This document shows, piece by piece, positions 1 to 10,919 of a stretch of DNA of 32,371 nt; the stretch's first letter is position 1; every line of letters starts with the position of its first letter. The notes beneath the pieces are model-generated. The model was given only the letters and a program-made list of their open reading frames with translations, ran no database searches and was not told the DNA's origin. This DNA is from Guillardia theta CCMP2712. Lineage: Eukaryota > Protista > Cryptophyta. The translations under genes were made by a program, and so were the position numbers. Location of the stretch: NCBI RefSeq assembly GCF_000315625.1, contig NW_005434560.1, positions 1 to 32,371 on the forward strand, read 5' to 3'.

Positions 1-1480
1 GGTCTACTGACGGGCCCGGCCGGCAGGATCCGTCGAGAAACAGGGGGGTCAAGGGAGGTTTTCTTCCCCTGGGAGAAAATTTACGGGCCTGCTGACACGG
101 TCCGCTGACCGGTCACGGCCGCCCGGAGAGATCAGGCCCCCGGCCAATCTCCGGACACTTAGCCTCCTGGCGGGCCTCCAGGGGGTCTGAGGCGGGGCTG
201 AAGGCTGCAGTCGGTCTACTGACGGGCCCGGCCGGCAGGATCCGTCGAGAAACAGGGGGGTCAAGGGAGGTTTTCTTCCCCCTGGGAGAAATGTCCTATG
301 GGTTTTTGGATCTGCGATATAAAAAAGTCTTGTCTCGGTCACGTGATGTGTCACGTGACCGGTCAGGTGAGCCTGTCAGCCGGGTCACGGCCCCTGTCAG
401 CCGGCTGACATGTCACGGGCCTGCTGACACGGTCCGCTGACCGGTCACGGCCGCCCGGAGAGATCAGGCCCCCGGCCAATCTCCGGACACTTAGCCTCCT
501 GGCGGGCCTCCAGGGGGTCTGAGGCGGGGCTGAAGGCTGCAGTCGGTCTACTGACGGGCCCGGCCGGCAGGATCCGTCGAGAAACAGGGGGGTCAAGGGA
601 GGTTTTCTAAAAAAGTCTTGTCTCGGTCACGTGATGTGTCACGTGACCGGTCAGGTGAGCCTGTCAGCCGGGTCACGGACCCTGTCAGCCGGCTGACATG
701 TCACGGGCCTGCTGACACGGTCCGCTGACCGGTCACGGCCGCCCGGAGAGATCAGGCCCCCGGCCAATCTCCGGACACTTAGCCTCCTGGCGGGCCTCCA
801 GGGGGTCTGAGGCGGGGCTGAAGGCTGCAGTCGGTCTACTGACGGGCCCGGCCGGCAGGATCCGTCGAGAAACAGGGGGGTCAAGGGAGGTTTTCTTCCC
901 CCTGGGAGAAATGTCCTATGGGTTTTTGGATCTGCGATATAAAAAAGTCTTGTCTCGGTCACGTGATGTGTCACGTGACCGGTCAGGTGAGCCTGTCAGC
1001 CGGGTCACGGACCCTGTCAGCCGGCTGACATGTCACGGGCCTGCTGACACGGTCCGCTGACCGGTCACGGCCGCCCGGAGAGATCAGGCCCCCGGCCAAC
1101 CTCCGGACACTTAGCCTCCTGGCGGGCCTCCAGGGGGTCTGAGGCGGGGCTGAAGGCTGCAGTCGGTCTACTGACGGGCCCGGCCGGCAGGATCCGTCGA
1201 GAAACAGGGGGGTCAAGGGAGGTTTTCTTCCCCCTGGGAGAAATGTCCTATGGGTTTTTGGATCTGCGATATAAAACAGTCTTGTCTCGGTCACGTGATG
1301 TGTCACGTGACCGGTCAGGTGAGCCTGTCAGCCGGGTCACGGACCCTGTCAGCCGGCTGACATGTCACGGGCCTGCTGACACGGTCCGCTGACCGGTCAC
1401 GGCCGCCCGGAGAGATCAGGCCCCCGGCCAACCTCCGGACACTTAGCCTCCTGGCGGGCCTCCAGGGGGTCTGAGGCGGG
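1..1480. repeat. 332-bp GC-rich tandem satellite, array 1 (with deletion-variant units)
   Basis: Near-identical units recur with a 332-bp period (identical spurious ORFs at 651 and 983). The unit contains the CGGTCACGTGA-tgtg-TCACGTGACCG hairpin and the palindromes TGTCAGCCGGCTGACA and TGACCGGTCA. Confidence 0.97.
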
Positions 1481-2226
1481 CATAGCGTTGCCGTTCCGTA
1501 TCCTTGTCGGATCAGTAAACCAGGGTGGTTCTTATAGTAGTTTTAGTCAAATTCAAGCGGCAAGAGAAAATTGAGCTAAAAATGTTGGCTCCGTCAATTT
1601 ATGTACCTTTTTCGTTGCCAGGGCTGCCGGGCCATCCAAGACAAGAAGGGCAATGTTGAGCAAAACCTTCCTCTATTTGATATGAATAGGCGTGTATAGT
1701 TGACTAAATAATCATGAGGAGGCTCGGGGTAGGTATTCAAATGATTTGAATCTTTCCAACGGCCTCCAGCCCGTGTTGAGGGGTAGGGGGTAGTGCAAAC
1801 TTCTCGTATCAATCTAAAACACTTGTAAACGACCTCACACTTGCCCCGTCTCTTCCCTATCCCACTACTCCCAATGTACTCAGGGACTGTTTGCTCAGCT
1901 GCTGAGCGCAGTCAAGGACCATGGCCCCTCAATGCTAACTCCTGAAACTGCCAGGCAAGTACTGAGATCAAACAGCTCAATTCTTGGCTGAGAATCACAC
2001 CTATAGTAGGTTGAGGGTGTTGCATCTCATCGAAATTTGCACTTGCGTACCAAAGCACTCATCAGCTATAGGTGATGGTTGTTCACTTCCAGAAGAAGGG
2101 AAACATGAAGGGAACCGATCAGAGAAGCAACCTTCGAAGACATGAAGGAAATTCGATTCTCCTTGTTGTGTTGACGCCCTAGCTTCCTTTACCTGAATGC
2201 TTCGTCGGTTGAATAAGAAACATATT

Positions 2227-3450
2227 TCAAGAGACTTCCTGTTGCTTTGCCATGATTGCGTTTTTTGTGGCTTCTCCCAACCTATTGTTATATGGCGGTG
2301 TCATTTGTGAGGAGGTGAGGAGTTTGAGAGGCTGGGGGAAGGAGAGGGGAGGGGTTGGAAGGGAAATGGACGCCTGGGAGGCCAGGCTAGTTGATATGCC
2401 TGATCGCTGCGAGAGGAGATGCCGGAGGAGAGACCGTGTTTACTCAAGACCACTAGCGAGGAAGGCAGGAGGGCGAGGAGGACATGAGAGGAGAGGAAGG
2501 AGAAAGCTACGGGTAGAGACGGTTTACTTGACAGCACTAATGAGGAAGGGATGCTTCAGAGCCTCCAGTGCTGTAATCCTCGTGCGGGGATCGATGTTGA
2601 GGCAGCAGTTGAGGAAGTCCCAGATCGCATGTTTCTCATCCACCTCCAGCCAGTCCTTGCATCCCGCATGTGCGCCCAGGGAGCTTGACAAGGTCCGCCA
2701 TGTTTGCTTGAAACCGCGGGCATAGCTGAGATGCAGTTCCAATGGTGGAATCTGAATGACATCAAGTTAGCAACCTCAGGCCTCCCGCCACCATATCACC
2801 CTCATCCTCATCCTCTTGATACAACAACGCCGACGACAACAATTTTACCTTAACGTCGAGGAGCTTCCACACAGCATCCATGCTCTTGATGTACATGCGC
2901 AAGCTGCTCAGACAGTCAGACAAGCGCACTTCCAAGGTACACAAAGAGCGTACCCGTAGATCTCCATCGTTGCCGTGACTATGTCGTTATACTGGAACCA
3001 TTGGAACTGTGTCGTGCGGCACAGCAGGGTAAGCAGTACTACCCCAGCAGCCCACACGTCCACTGCTGTGGTCTGGCACTGCATGCCCATGAGCACTTCG
3101 GGCGCTCGGTATCCCCGAGTTCCCGCGCGTTTGACTGGACGTTCGAATTTGACCCCTGAGTTCCTCACTGTCACCGATGCGTTCGTCTTGCTGACGCCCA
3201 ACATGATCCGCCTCTTCGCCATCTGCTGCGCCATCTCTAGCTTCTCCTGCTCCTTTTGATTCCGCGAGGAGCGAGAGCTGGCCGTAGAAACCTCACAGGG
3301 CAAGATGTTGCCGATGCTGCGGCCTGATGACTGCATTTGTTTCTCTGCCAGCCCAAAGTCCACAAGCAAGTACTTCTTATTCCTTCTGTCGTAGAGGAAG
3401 TTATTCAATTTCACGTCTCGATGTATAATAAATGTATAATGTATAAGACA
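2227..3450 (-). pseudogene. CDC7: Cdc7 (DDK catalytic subunit)-like Ser/Thr kinase, 5'-truncated (N-lobe missing), with introns
   Basis: Motifs IIHRDVKxNNFLYD, LVDFGLA, a long insert, RAGTRGYRAPEVL, QTTAVDVWAAG and DPRTRITALEALKHPF are characteristic of Cdc7. No GxGxxG or VAIK upstream, where the sequence is cut by a GC-rich tract at ~3574. The last exon (LGEATKNAIMAKQQEVS*, stop at 2227) is inferred from a phase-compatible GT..AG intron. Confidence 0.8.
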
Positions 3451-3573
3451 GTTCTTGCTCAAGACCGAGTTTAATGCACACTGTGACACGAAACCACTGA
3501 GAATTGAGGCAGCACTGCACATGAGAGACTCCCGACTGTATGCTAGAATATGGAACTCAAGCATCATTGCAAC

Positions 3574-4205
3574 GCCGCCGCTGTTCCGATGACACGGATC
3601 GGACCGGGTACGGCCCGGTACCGCCGGGCATTGCCGCCGCGTGGGGCCGCCGCCTGGCTCGGAACTTGACTCTCACCGTTCAACGGTTGACTCACCGGCT
3701 CGGCGGTAGCCTTGAAGCCTCAGAGGTCCCGGAGAGTCCGGCTCGCCCGGCCGGGCGGCGGTCGGACCGTACCTTCGGAGTTTTCAGCCTGTGTTCAATT
3801 AACTCAGCGGGGCGGTAGTATCTGATCGGACGGACTGGCCGCACGGCTGGCATGCTGATCCCGGCATTAATCAGCAGTGCCGACGGTGACCGTCTCACTG
3901 AGCCTCCGCCGGGCGGCGGCGGCCGGGCGGAGCCCGCCGAGTCAGTCACTCAGCGGCTGAGTGCCGCGCCAGCCCGGCGCTCAGCTGACTCAGTGACTCG
4001 GCCTTGGAACCGCCGCACGGTGCCTGCTTGCCAGCGCCGGGGCCGGGCGGCCCCGGTACTACGGTAGCCTGAGTCACGGTGTCATCGGACACAACTTGAA
4101 CAGTCCGGGAGGTCGGCATAACTTAACATAAACTGATGGCATGCCAGGCTTCAGTCGGAACTTGGAACACTCAGTGCGCCCGAAATGACTCATGATTCAG
4201 GGCCA
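3574..4205. other. GC-rich, palindrome-dense patchwork tract of unknown origin
   Basis: Abrupt compositional shift. Short words (GACTCA/TGAGTC, ACTCAG/CTGAGT, CCGG, CGGC, GTAC) are recycled without periodicity. An 11-bp inverted repeat TCCGATGACAC (3585) / GTGTCATCGGA (4079) lies near its edges. Confidence 0.6.
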
Positions 4206-4227
4206 CAAAAAATACTAAGTTTCACTG

Positions 4228-5277
4228 TGGAACACGGCTTGACTGAAATTGAGGGGGTGTTCGGCCTGAAATCTTTGTGTGTCACTCAGCGGCCGGCCCG
4301 GGGCGCAAGCAAGTCCAACCTACATCGAACAACTTGAAAATTGAGGGGGTGTTCGGCCTGAAATCATTGTGTGTCACGCTCCTCCAAGTTTCAAGTTGTT
4401 CCATATAGTTTGGAGCAAGTCCAACCTACATGGAACTTGAGTCACGGTTGCCGCGGTGCAAGGGACTGAAGGGGAGGTGACTGCTGTGAATAAAGGAAGT
4501 GTTGGTGGTGTTGTGTGGTTCCGAAGTTCTGAGAGTTCTATCATCATCAGTGAAGGTGTTAGAGGCTGCACAGCTGTGTATCGTTCAGAGGTGAATAAGG
4601 TTGGGGTAAGGATCTCAGGTGTACTGAGAGATAGTGTTTGCCACGGTGGACATGATCTTGGGTTAAATAGAGTCTGGCCAGTAGGAGGTGGAGGTTGATT
4701 CGGCCTGAAATCATTGTGTGTCACGCTCCCGGAGTCCAAATTTCAAGTTGTTCCATATAGTTTGGAGCAAGTCCAACCTACATGGAACAACTTGAAAATT
4801 GAGGGGGTGTTCGGCCTGAAATCATTGTGTGTCACGCTCCTGCGGCCTGAAATCATTGTGTGTCACGCTCCTCCAAGTTTCAAGTTGTTCCATATAGTTT
4901 GGAGCAAGTCCAACCTACATGGAACAACTTGAAAATTGAGGAGGTGTTCGGCCTGAAATCATTGTGTGTCACGCTCCTGCGGCCTGAAATCATTGTGTGT
5001 CACGCTCCTCCAAGTTTCAAGTTGTTCCATATAGTTTGGAGCAAGTCCAACCTACATGGAACAACTTGAAAATTGAGGGGGTGTTCGGCCTGAAATCATT
5101 GTGTGCTCCTGCGGCCTGAAATCATTGTGTGTCACGCTCCTCCAAGTTTCAAGTTGTTCCATATAGTTTGGAGCAAGTCCAACCTACATGGAACAACTTG
5201 AAAATTGAGGAGGTGTTCGGCCTGAAATCATTGTGTGTCACGCTCCTGCGGCCTGAAATCATTGTGTGTCACGCTCC
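4228..5277. repeat. Hairpin-containing minisatellite (~107+30 = 137-bp unit) with an unrelated ~260-bp insert at ~4440-4698
   Basis: The unit recurs with a 137-bp period (4844, 4981). Each unit has a 16-bp perfect stem TTTCAAGTTGTTCCAT / ATGGAACAACTTGAAA around an imperfect inner stem. Confidence 0.93.
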
Positions 5278-6850
5278 CATCGCAAGTCAGCTTTGATGGC
5301 CATTATGGCCTTTACAGGCGTGGCTGGCCCTCCGAAGCTCAATCATGATGCATCGCCAATACGATATCAAATATCAAAATAAAAAATATCAATGTTGAAA
5401 GTTTTCCGCCACTGTGAACTCTGCGAAGCCGTACAGATATGAGGATGTGCAGCGTTTGACAGAGCAAGACAAGTCAGGTGAGCATTATCTCTTTTTTTCA
5501 TCGAAATTATCACGGGAAGAGATCCAAATGACGTGTTCTTGATGCAGGTTGGAATGATTTGCAGCCTTTGGCAACTTGTATGAGATTGATGAACGGGTGA
5601 AGACTTTGGCAAGTGCCCAACCAATATTACAAACCGGTATCCAGGAGTACGTAGACGTACCAGTAAGCCGCCCAGCATACAAAACTCTCGAGACAATGGC
5701 TGCATACGAAGGGGTTTTCGACACATCGCAGAACTGTCCCGATGTGAAAAGGTTGTGACATGAAATGGGCACAAACAAAGATAAGTTCAGGACTCGGGAG
5801 TCGATCAGGTCTAGGCAAAATATTGACATGGTCATCTCACTGCATGGAAGAACATGCAAAACTGAAGGAAAAGCTCAACGGAAAGTTCTAAATGAACAGA
5901 TACAGCGCATTTTAGCAGTCACGGTCGGAGCAGCTCGATGCTTGAAACAAAGATGATCCTCAGTACAATCGAATGATGACAAGTAAGTCCCGTGGTTCGT
6001 GAAGGATTCTTCATCCAATTCTTAAGGATGTGTTGGAACGATGAAACATTTTGCAAATCACCAATTTCATCACACTGACTGATGCATCATGTAAATATTA
6101 CTGGTGTGAACTTGCATCAGATTCTGTTCATCGGATGAGCCGCTACCAAGCAGTTGATGTCACAGCAAACAAGAGAGCCGTTTTGAAGATGTTGATATTC
6201 CTGACCGTAGAGCATTCAAGATGTGGCCACATGTCACATGCTTTTTGGTTAACGCAGATACACCCTCGCCAGGCAAAAGATGGAACGTCTTCAGGATTAC
6301 AGGGAGGTCGGTTGTGCTTGTACCCTGATTGTAACTCTTCTAATAAAGATATGATAACCTGAATGTGCAATTCTGTTTGTTGATTCACAGTGTTTGCGAC
6401 TCGATTGCAATCATCGAGTGCTTGCTCTGTTGAACAAGGCACTCCTCTGTAGAGCCATGCGACAAGAACACTACAGTTGCACGGTAGCATTGCGACACCA
6501 AGACAGGATTGATCCGATGAACGTCTCATTTATTGATATGCAAAGGCATCATCTGCACATTGCTTCATTTCTGACTAGGTTTCTGTGCAATCGAAATCCT
6601 GTGAAAATATCATGACAGAGGAAAAATTTGAAGCGAAACGGAAAAATCATCGAAATATGATCATAGATATAGTGATTCATGATCAACAACGGTTCTCTAC
6701 AGTCATCTATGCGGGCAGGAACAGTCATCTTCTGTGCAAACGTCTCTTCATGTATCGTTGAACGGTTGAGTGCATGTAAGACTTGCCTCCATAGAAAGGT
6801 GAAGTGCATGAATCCTGACTGTAAGACTAGAAGAATTGAAAGCAAGTGAT
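5278..6850 (+). pseudogene. Degenerate, intron-containing internal gene(s) of the CATAGCGTTG element; possibly a KDZ/CxC-type transposase remnant
   Basis: Short peptides SFDGHYGLYRR and GCAAFDRAR near 5290-5475 resemble the DGxF/YxLxR and CxxFxA pattern of Kyakuja-Dileera-Zisupton transposases (by eye only). A Cys/His-rich peptide (WPHVTCFLV..GKRWNVF) is conserved in copy A2. Many stops and frameshifts. Confidence 0.3.
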
Positions 6851-7890
6851 GACATGAGAACACATATCTAGACAGAAAAGTCGCTCAAGGTACAGCTGGA
6901 TACAAATTTCTCACAAATCACAGTCATGCATTTGAGCGCAACGTGCAACCTACGGCAATTTGAATAAAGGGTCAATCAGAGTTGATTCTGTTCAATGGTG
7001 TATCGATTATCAATTCCTTACCTGATCATAAAAATTTCATCTTGTCTTCGAAGAATATTTGCAAGTACACCCGCGGATTGTTTGAACCTAGGGTGCATAT
7101 TCCATTGCAGGATGGATGATTCAAACCTTGGCCCAACCTGTAGAGTTGAGAAAGAAGCTCGATCATCTCTTACAGGTATGATATGAGATCTTCATCTCAT
7201 TTCTATCTCAGTTGGGTTGGATTCGAAGTCTCTCAATATCAAAGTTCATCCTGGTGAGTCAGGAAGGCACCATTTCATCGCTTCTTGCTCGTCCAGGGAG
7301 AGGGGGCTTGGGGAAGGAGAAATGGGTGTTACCCCCACCCCCTATTGTACAGTTTCAAACTCGTTCAAAGGTGGGTAGTTGAGGGTGCTCCATACCCACC
7401 CCACCACCCAAAATGACTCAAACGGAGGGGTTCTCGGATCCGAAGGAGTCCCGCCTCCATCACCCCCTCTCATTTGAATTCAAGATGGTTCAGGCCGACC
7501 CCACATACAGGCTTGCAGTTTTCTTATGTATGCCCATATGATTTGATCGGACAGGTGAAGCAAATCACCAGCATGCTTGAAGATTTTTCATGGGAGTGGG
7601 ATTATACTTGTACCGGATGTGTACAATACATAGGGGAGAACCCCGAATGGTACCAAAAGAGTACCAAAGTCACATGGTTCGGACTGTACTAACTGGTACC
7701 AAGAAATTGTACTCAAGAAGACCCTACCCCTGAAAAAGTTCTGCTTGGCTCTTCGTGATTTGAATTCGGAACACGGTCGGAAGACCCACCCCGCCCCCAC
7801 ATGAGGCGTGGTATGCGTGGATTTGAATCTACCAACCTCACCGCGAAACGTTTTAGAGCTCCAAGGTCAATTGAGAAAGGCAACGCTATG

Positions 7891-8794
7891 GGCTGAAGGC
7901 TGCAGTCGGTCTACTGACGGGCCCGGCCGGCAGGATCCGTCGAGAAACAGGGGGGTCAAGGGAGGTTTTCTTCCCCTGGGAGAAAATTTACGGGCCTGCT
8001 GACACGGTCCGCTGACCGGTCACGGCCGCCCGGAGAGATCAGGCCCCCGGCCAACCTCCGGACACTTAGCCTCCTGGCGGGCCTCCAGGGGGTCTGAGGC
8101 GGGGCTGAAGGCTGCAGTCGGTCTACTGACGGGCCCGGCCGGCAGGATCCGTCGAGAAACAGGGGGGTCAAGGGAGGTTTTCTTCCCCCTGGGAGAAATG
8201 TCCTATGGGTTTTTGGATCTGCGATATAAAAAAGTCTTGTCTCGGTCACGTGATGTGTCACGTGACCGGTCAGGTGAGCCTGTCAGCCGGGTCACGGACC
8301 CTGTCAGCCGGCTGACATGTCACGGGCCTGCTGACACGGTCCGCTGACCGGTCACGGCCGCCCGGAGAGATCAGGCCCCCGGCCAATCTCCGGACACTTA
8401 GCCTCCTGGCGGGCCTCCAGGGGGTCTGAGGCGGGGCTGAAGGCTGCAGTCGGTCTACTGACGGGCCCGGCCGGCAGGATCCGTCGAGAAACAGGGGGGT
8501 CAAGGGAGGTTTTCTTCCCCCTGGGAGAAATGTCCTATGGGTTTTTGGATCTGCGATATAAAAAAGTCTTGTCTCGGTCACGTGATGTGTCACGTGACCG
8601 GTCAGGTGAGCCTGTCAGCCGGGTCACGGACCCTGTCAGCCGGCTGACATGTCACGGGCCTGCTGACACGGTCCGCTGACCGGTCACGGCCGCCCGGAGA
8701 GATCAGGCCCCCGGCCAACCTCCGGACACTTAGCCTCCTGGCGGGCCTCCAGGGGGTCTGAGGCGGGGCTGAAGGCTGCAGTCGGTCTACTGAC
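7891..8794. repeat. 332-bp satellite, array 2
   Basis: Same unit as 1-1480; resumes in register after element A. Confidence 0.97.
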
Positions 8795-10919
8795 CATTCT
8801 GGGGTCAAACCGCGTTGGTTTTCGCCCTATATCTTCAAGGGGGTGGTGCATGGGAAAATGGGGGTACACGGCGTGTGATTTGCGCAGGTTGAAATTCTGT
8901 ACTGTTGAAATTCAAACCATACTCAAAACCGTGATTAAAAGTGATTTTGGAAGTTTAGCTTATCGTTTCTTGGTACCTTCTAAAATGTTTTAATTCTACA
9001 CGCCTCCACCCACTACCCCAGCGCGTCTCCCCTCACCATTCTGCTCTCATGTCGCGAAGCTCTTCTCTGCCGATCCTTGTCTTCAGTGTTTGAGTTTTGT
9101 GCGAGCATGTTTGCCCAAGTTGCAGTCACTTGCAGCAGGTGAGCCTCATCAATATTTCTCTTCGTCAAACCCGCTGTGCCGGTTGGTGAAAATGTTACAA
9201 TGCCATAATCTGTTTTCAAAGTTTGGTTTGTTGAACGCATCCATTGATGGGGACGAGTATACCACGAACACACACGAGCATGAAGAGACTCGAAATTATT
9301 TTGTGAGAGGAAAAGGTGCAAATGAACTCATTACATCACACAGGTAGAGAGTTCTTCTGTGGATTGTTCATTTTTTAATCGTTGTGAACAAGTAGCAAAA
9401 GCATGGCGATGTTGATAACTAGGTTCTGAATGGTTGCAGCTGAAACGCACATGATTACAAGATTCCAAGACCTTTATTCCACGAAGACCTTCATCTTCAT
9501 GTACTGGATGGAATATCATATTTATGAGAGATGCTTCACTGTGCCACATGACTTGTTCACATCATGTTTGTACTTCTCCGCCTTTGAATGATGCATCTCT
9601 TGTTGCATGACTTAAAAACCACTTTGTGAAGATGCATAGTCTTGTATATATCCATGTCCACATGCTCAAAGCCTTGCCACTTTGTGACAAACAATATTGA
9701 AAAATCTTGAAGACAGCAAACCCAACGGCACAGTGTTGGATGGCAGTGCACCTACAGCATGTGCTTCGATTCTGTTGTGCGCGCACCATATGCTATTGTG
9801 GTTGTCATTATCATTGACTGGAAGTCAGTGTCAATTTGCTGGTAGTTCGACATCCTGAGATAAATGCTTCGAATGAATAATAAATGTCAAATCAGATATC
9901 ACCTCCAACCTTGATTCTACATTCATGTCAGTCTGATTGCAACGCACAATGGATTCTTGCATGCAAGCTGACAAGCTCGAGACTTGATCTCTGATATGAT
10001 CTGAGGCTTAATTGGACGTCAACAGCTCCGCCATTAGGGAAGCAAAGCAAAGTTCATGCATTTCACCAAATGTGCGAACATGCAAAGGACTTGAGTGAGG
10101 AGAGTTTGGAGAGAGGAGGGGAGATACTTCAACAAGAGCTTCGTGAGAGTCAAGTAATTGGCATATTTTAAAGAGTCAAATATCATCAAACTTTTTCTGA
10201 ACGTGTGAAGCAACGATGTAACGAAGCGTACAGAAGACATGCCGAGGAGGGAGTCAAGTGAGATGTGATTGCGCCTTAATTAAGTGAACTCGTCATTATC
10301 TTACAGATATTATTATTCAGTTCACTTTTCAGATAAAGTACATTACTCTGAGAGCCCAGAAGTCTTGAAGAGAACATTGATGATACGATTGACTTAGTCG
10401 TCGGACATGTAGGATGACGAACTCATGCAGATTGATCCACTCCTGCAAGATCACCAAGTAAAAATTTATGCTGGATTCTTGATGCCAAGTGTACCTTGCG
10501 ATCATCTTCTTACTCGGCAGTCCTTCACCTGTGCTCATGGTGGCAGCTCGCTGACCTGGCTGCTGTGCTCGCCCGGCGGCTCAGCATGACGGTGTGCGAT
10601 TTGACGATGGGAATGATGGGGAGTGTTTCCCCACCCTCATCGATAGGGTGGGTCATCAAAATTGTTTTAGATGGTACAAATCAGCAGTTATAAACCGTTA
10701 CTCAGTACAACTGCTTGTACCACGGATTCGAATAAACAATTCATTACCGTTAAAACAAGTGGACACGCCAGTTCAAAATTTGAAGCACCCCTACCACTGA
10801 TATTACCGAGCGCCACCCCTCAAAAACGATGGGGTACACCACCACCGGTATCCTATGAGAACAGCATACGCATTCCTCTTTTGCGTTAATAAAGACCAAC
10901 GCGGTTTGACCCCAGAATG
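8795..10919. mobile_element. 2.1-kb non-autonomous TIR element (element B) with 25-26-bp perfect TIRs
   Basis: (C)CATTCTGGGGTCAAACCGCGTTGGT at 8794/8795 and ACCAACGCGGTTTGACCCCAGAATG(G) ending 10919/10920. Lower-GC interior with decayed Cys/His-rich coding remnants. Satellite on both sides; no short TSD. Confidence 0.88.

Larger units (their letters stand above)
1481..7890. mobile_element. TIR element of a CATAGCGTTG family (copy A) inserted into the satellite; non-autonomous or composite, carrying cargo
   Basis: Starts CATAGCGTTGCC (1481) and ends GGCAACGCTATG (7890). The flanks ...CTGAGGCGGG and GGCTGAAGG... rejoin to the satellite sequence CTGAGGCGGGGCTGAAGG with at most one extra G. Region ~5925-7445 is homologous to the reverse complement of copy A2. 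Confidence 0.8.

Noticed and set aside
1481-7890. Assignment to the P-element superfamily because of CAT termini
   Set aside because: No 7-8-bp TSD at either complete copy and no THAP or P transposase motifs seen.
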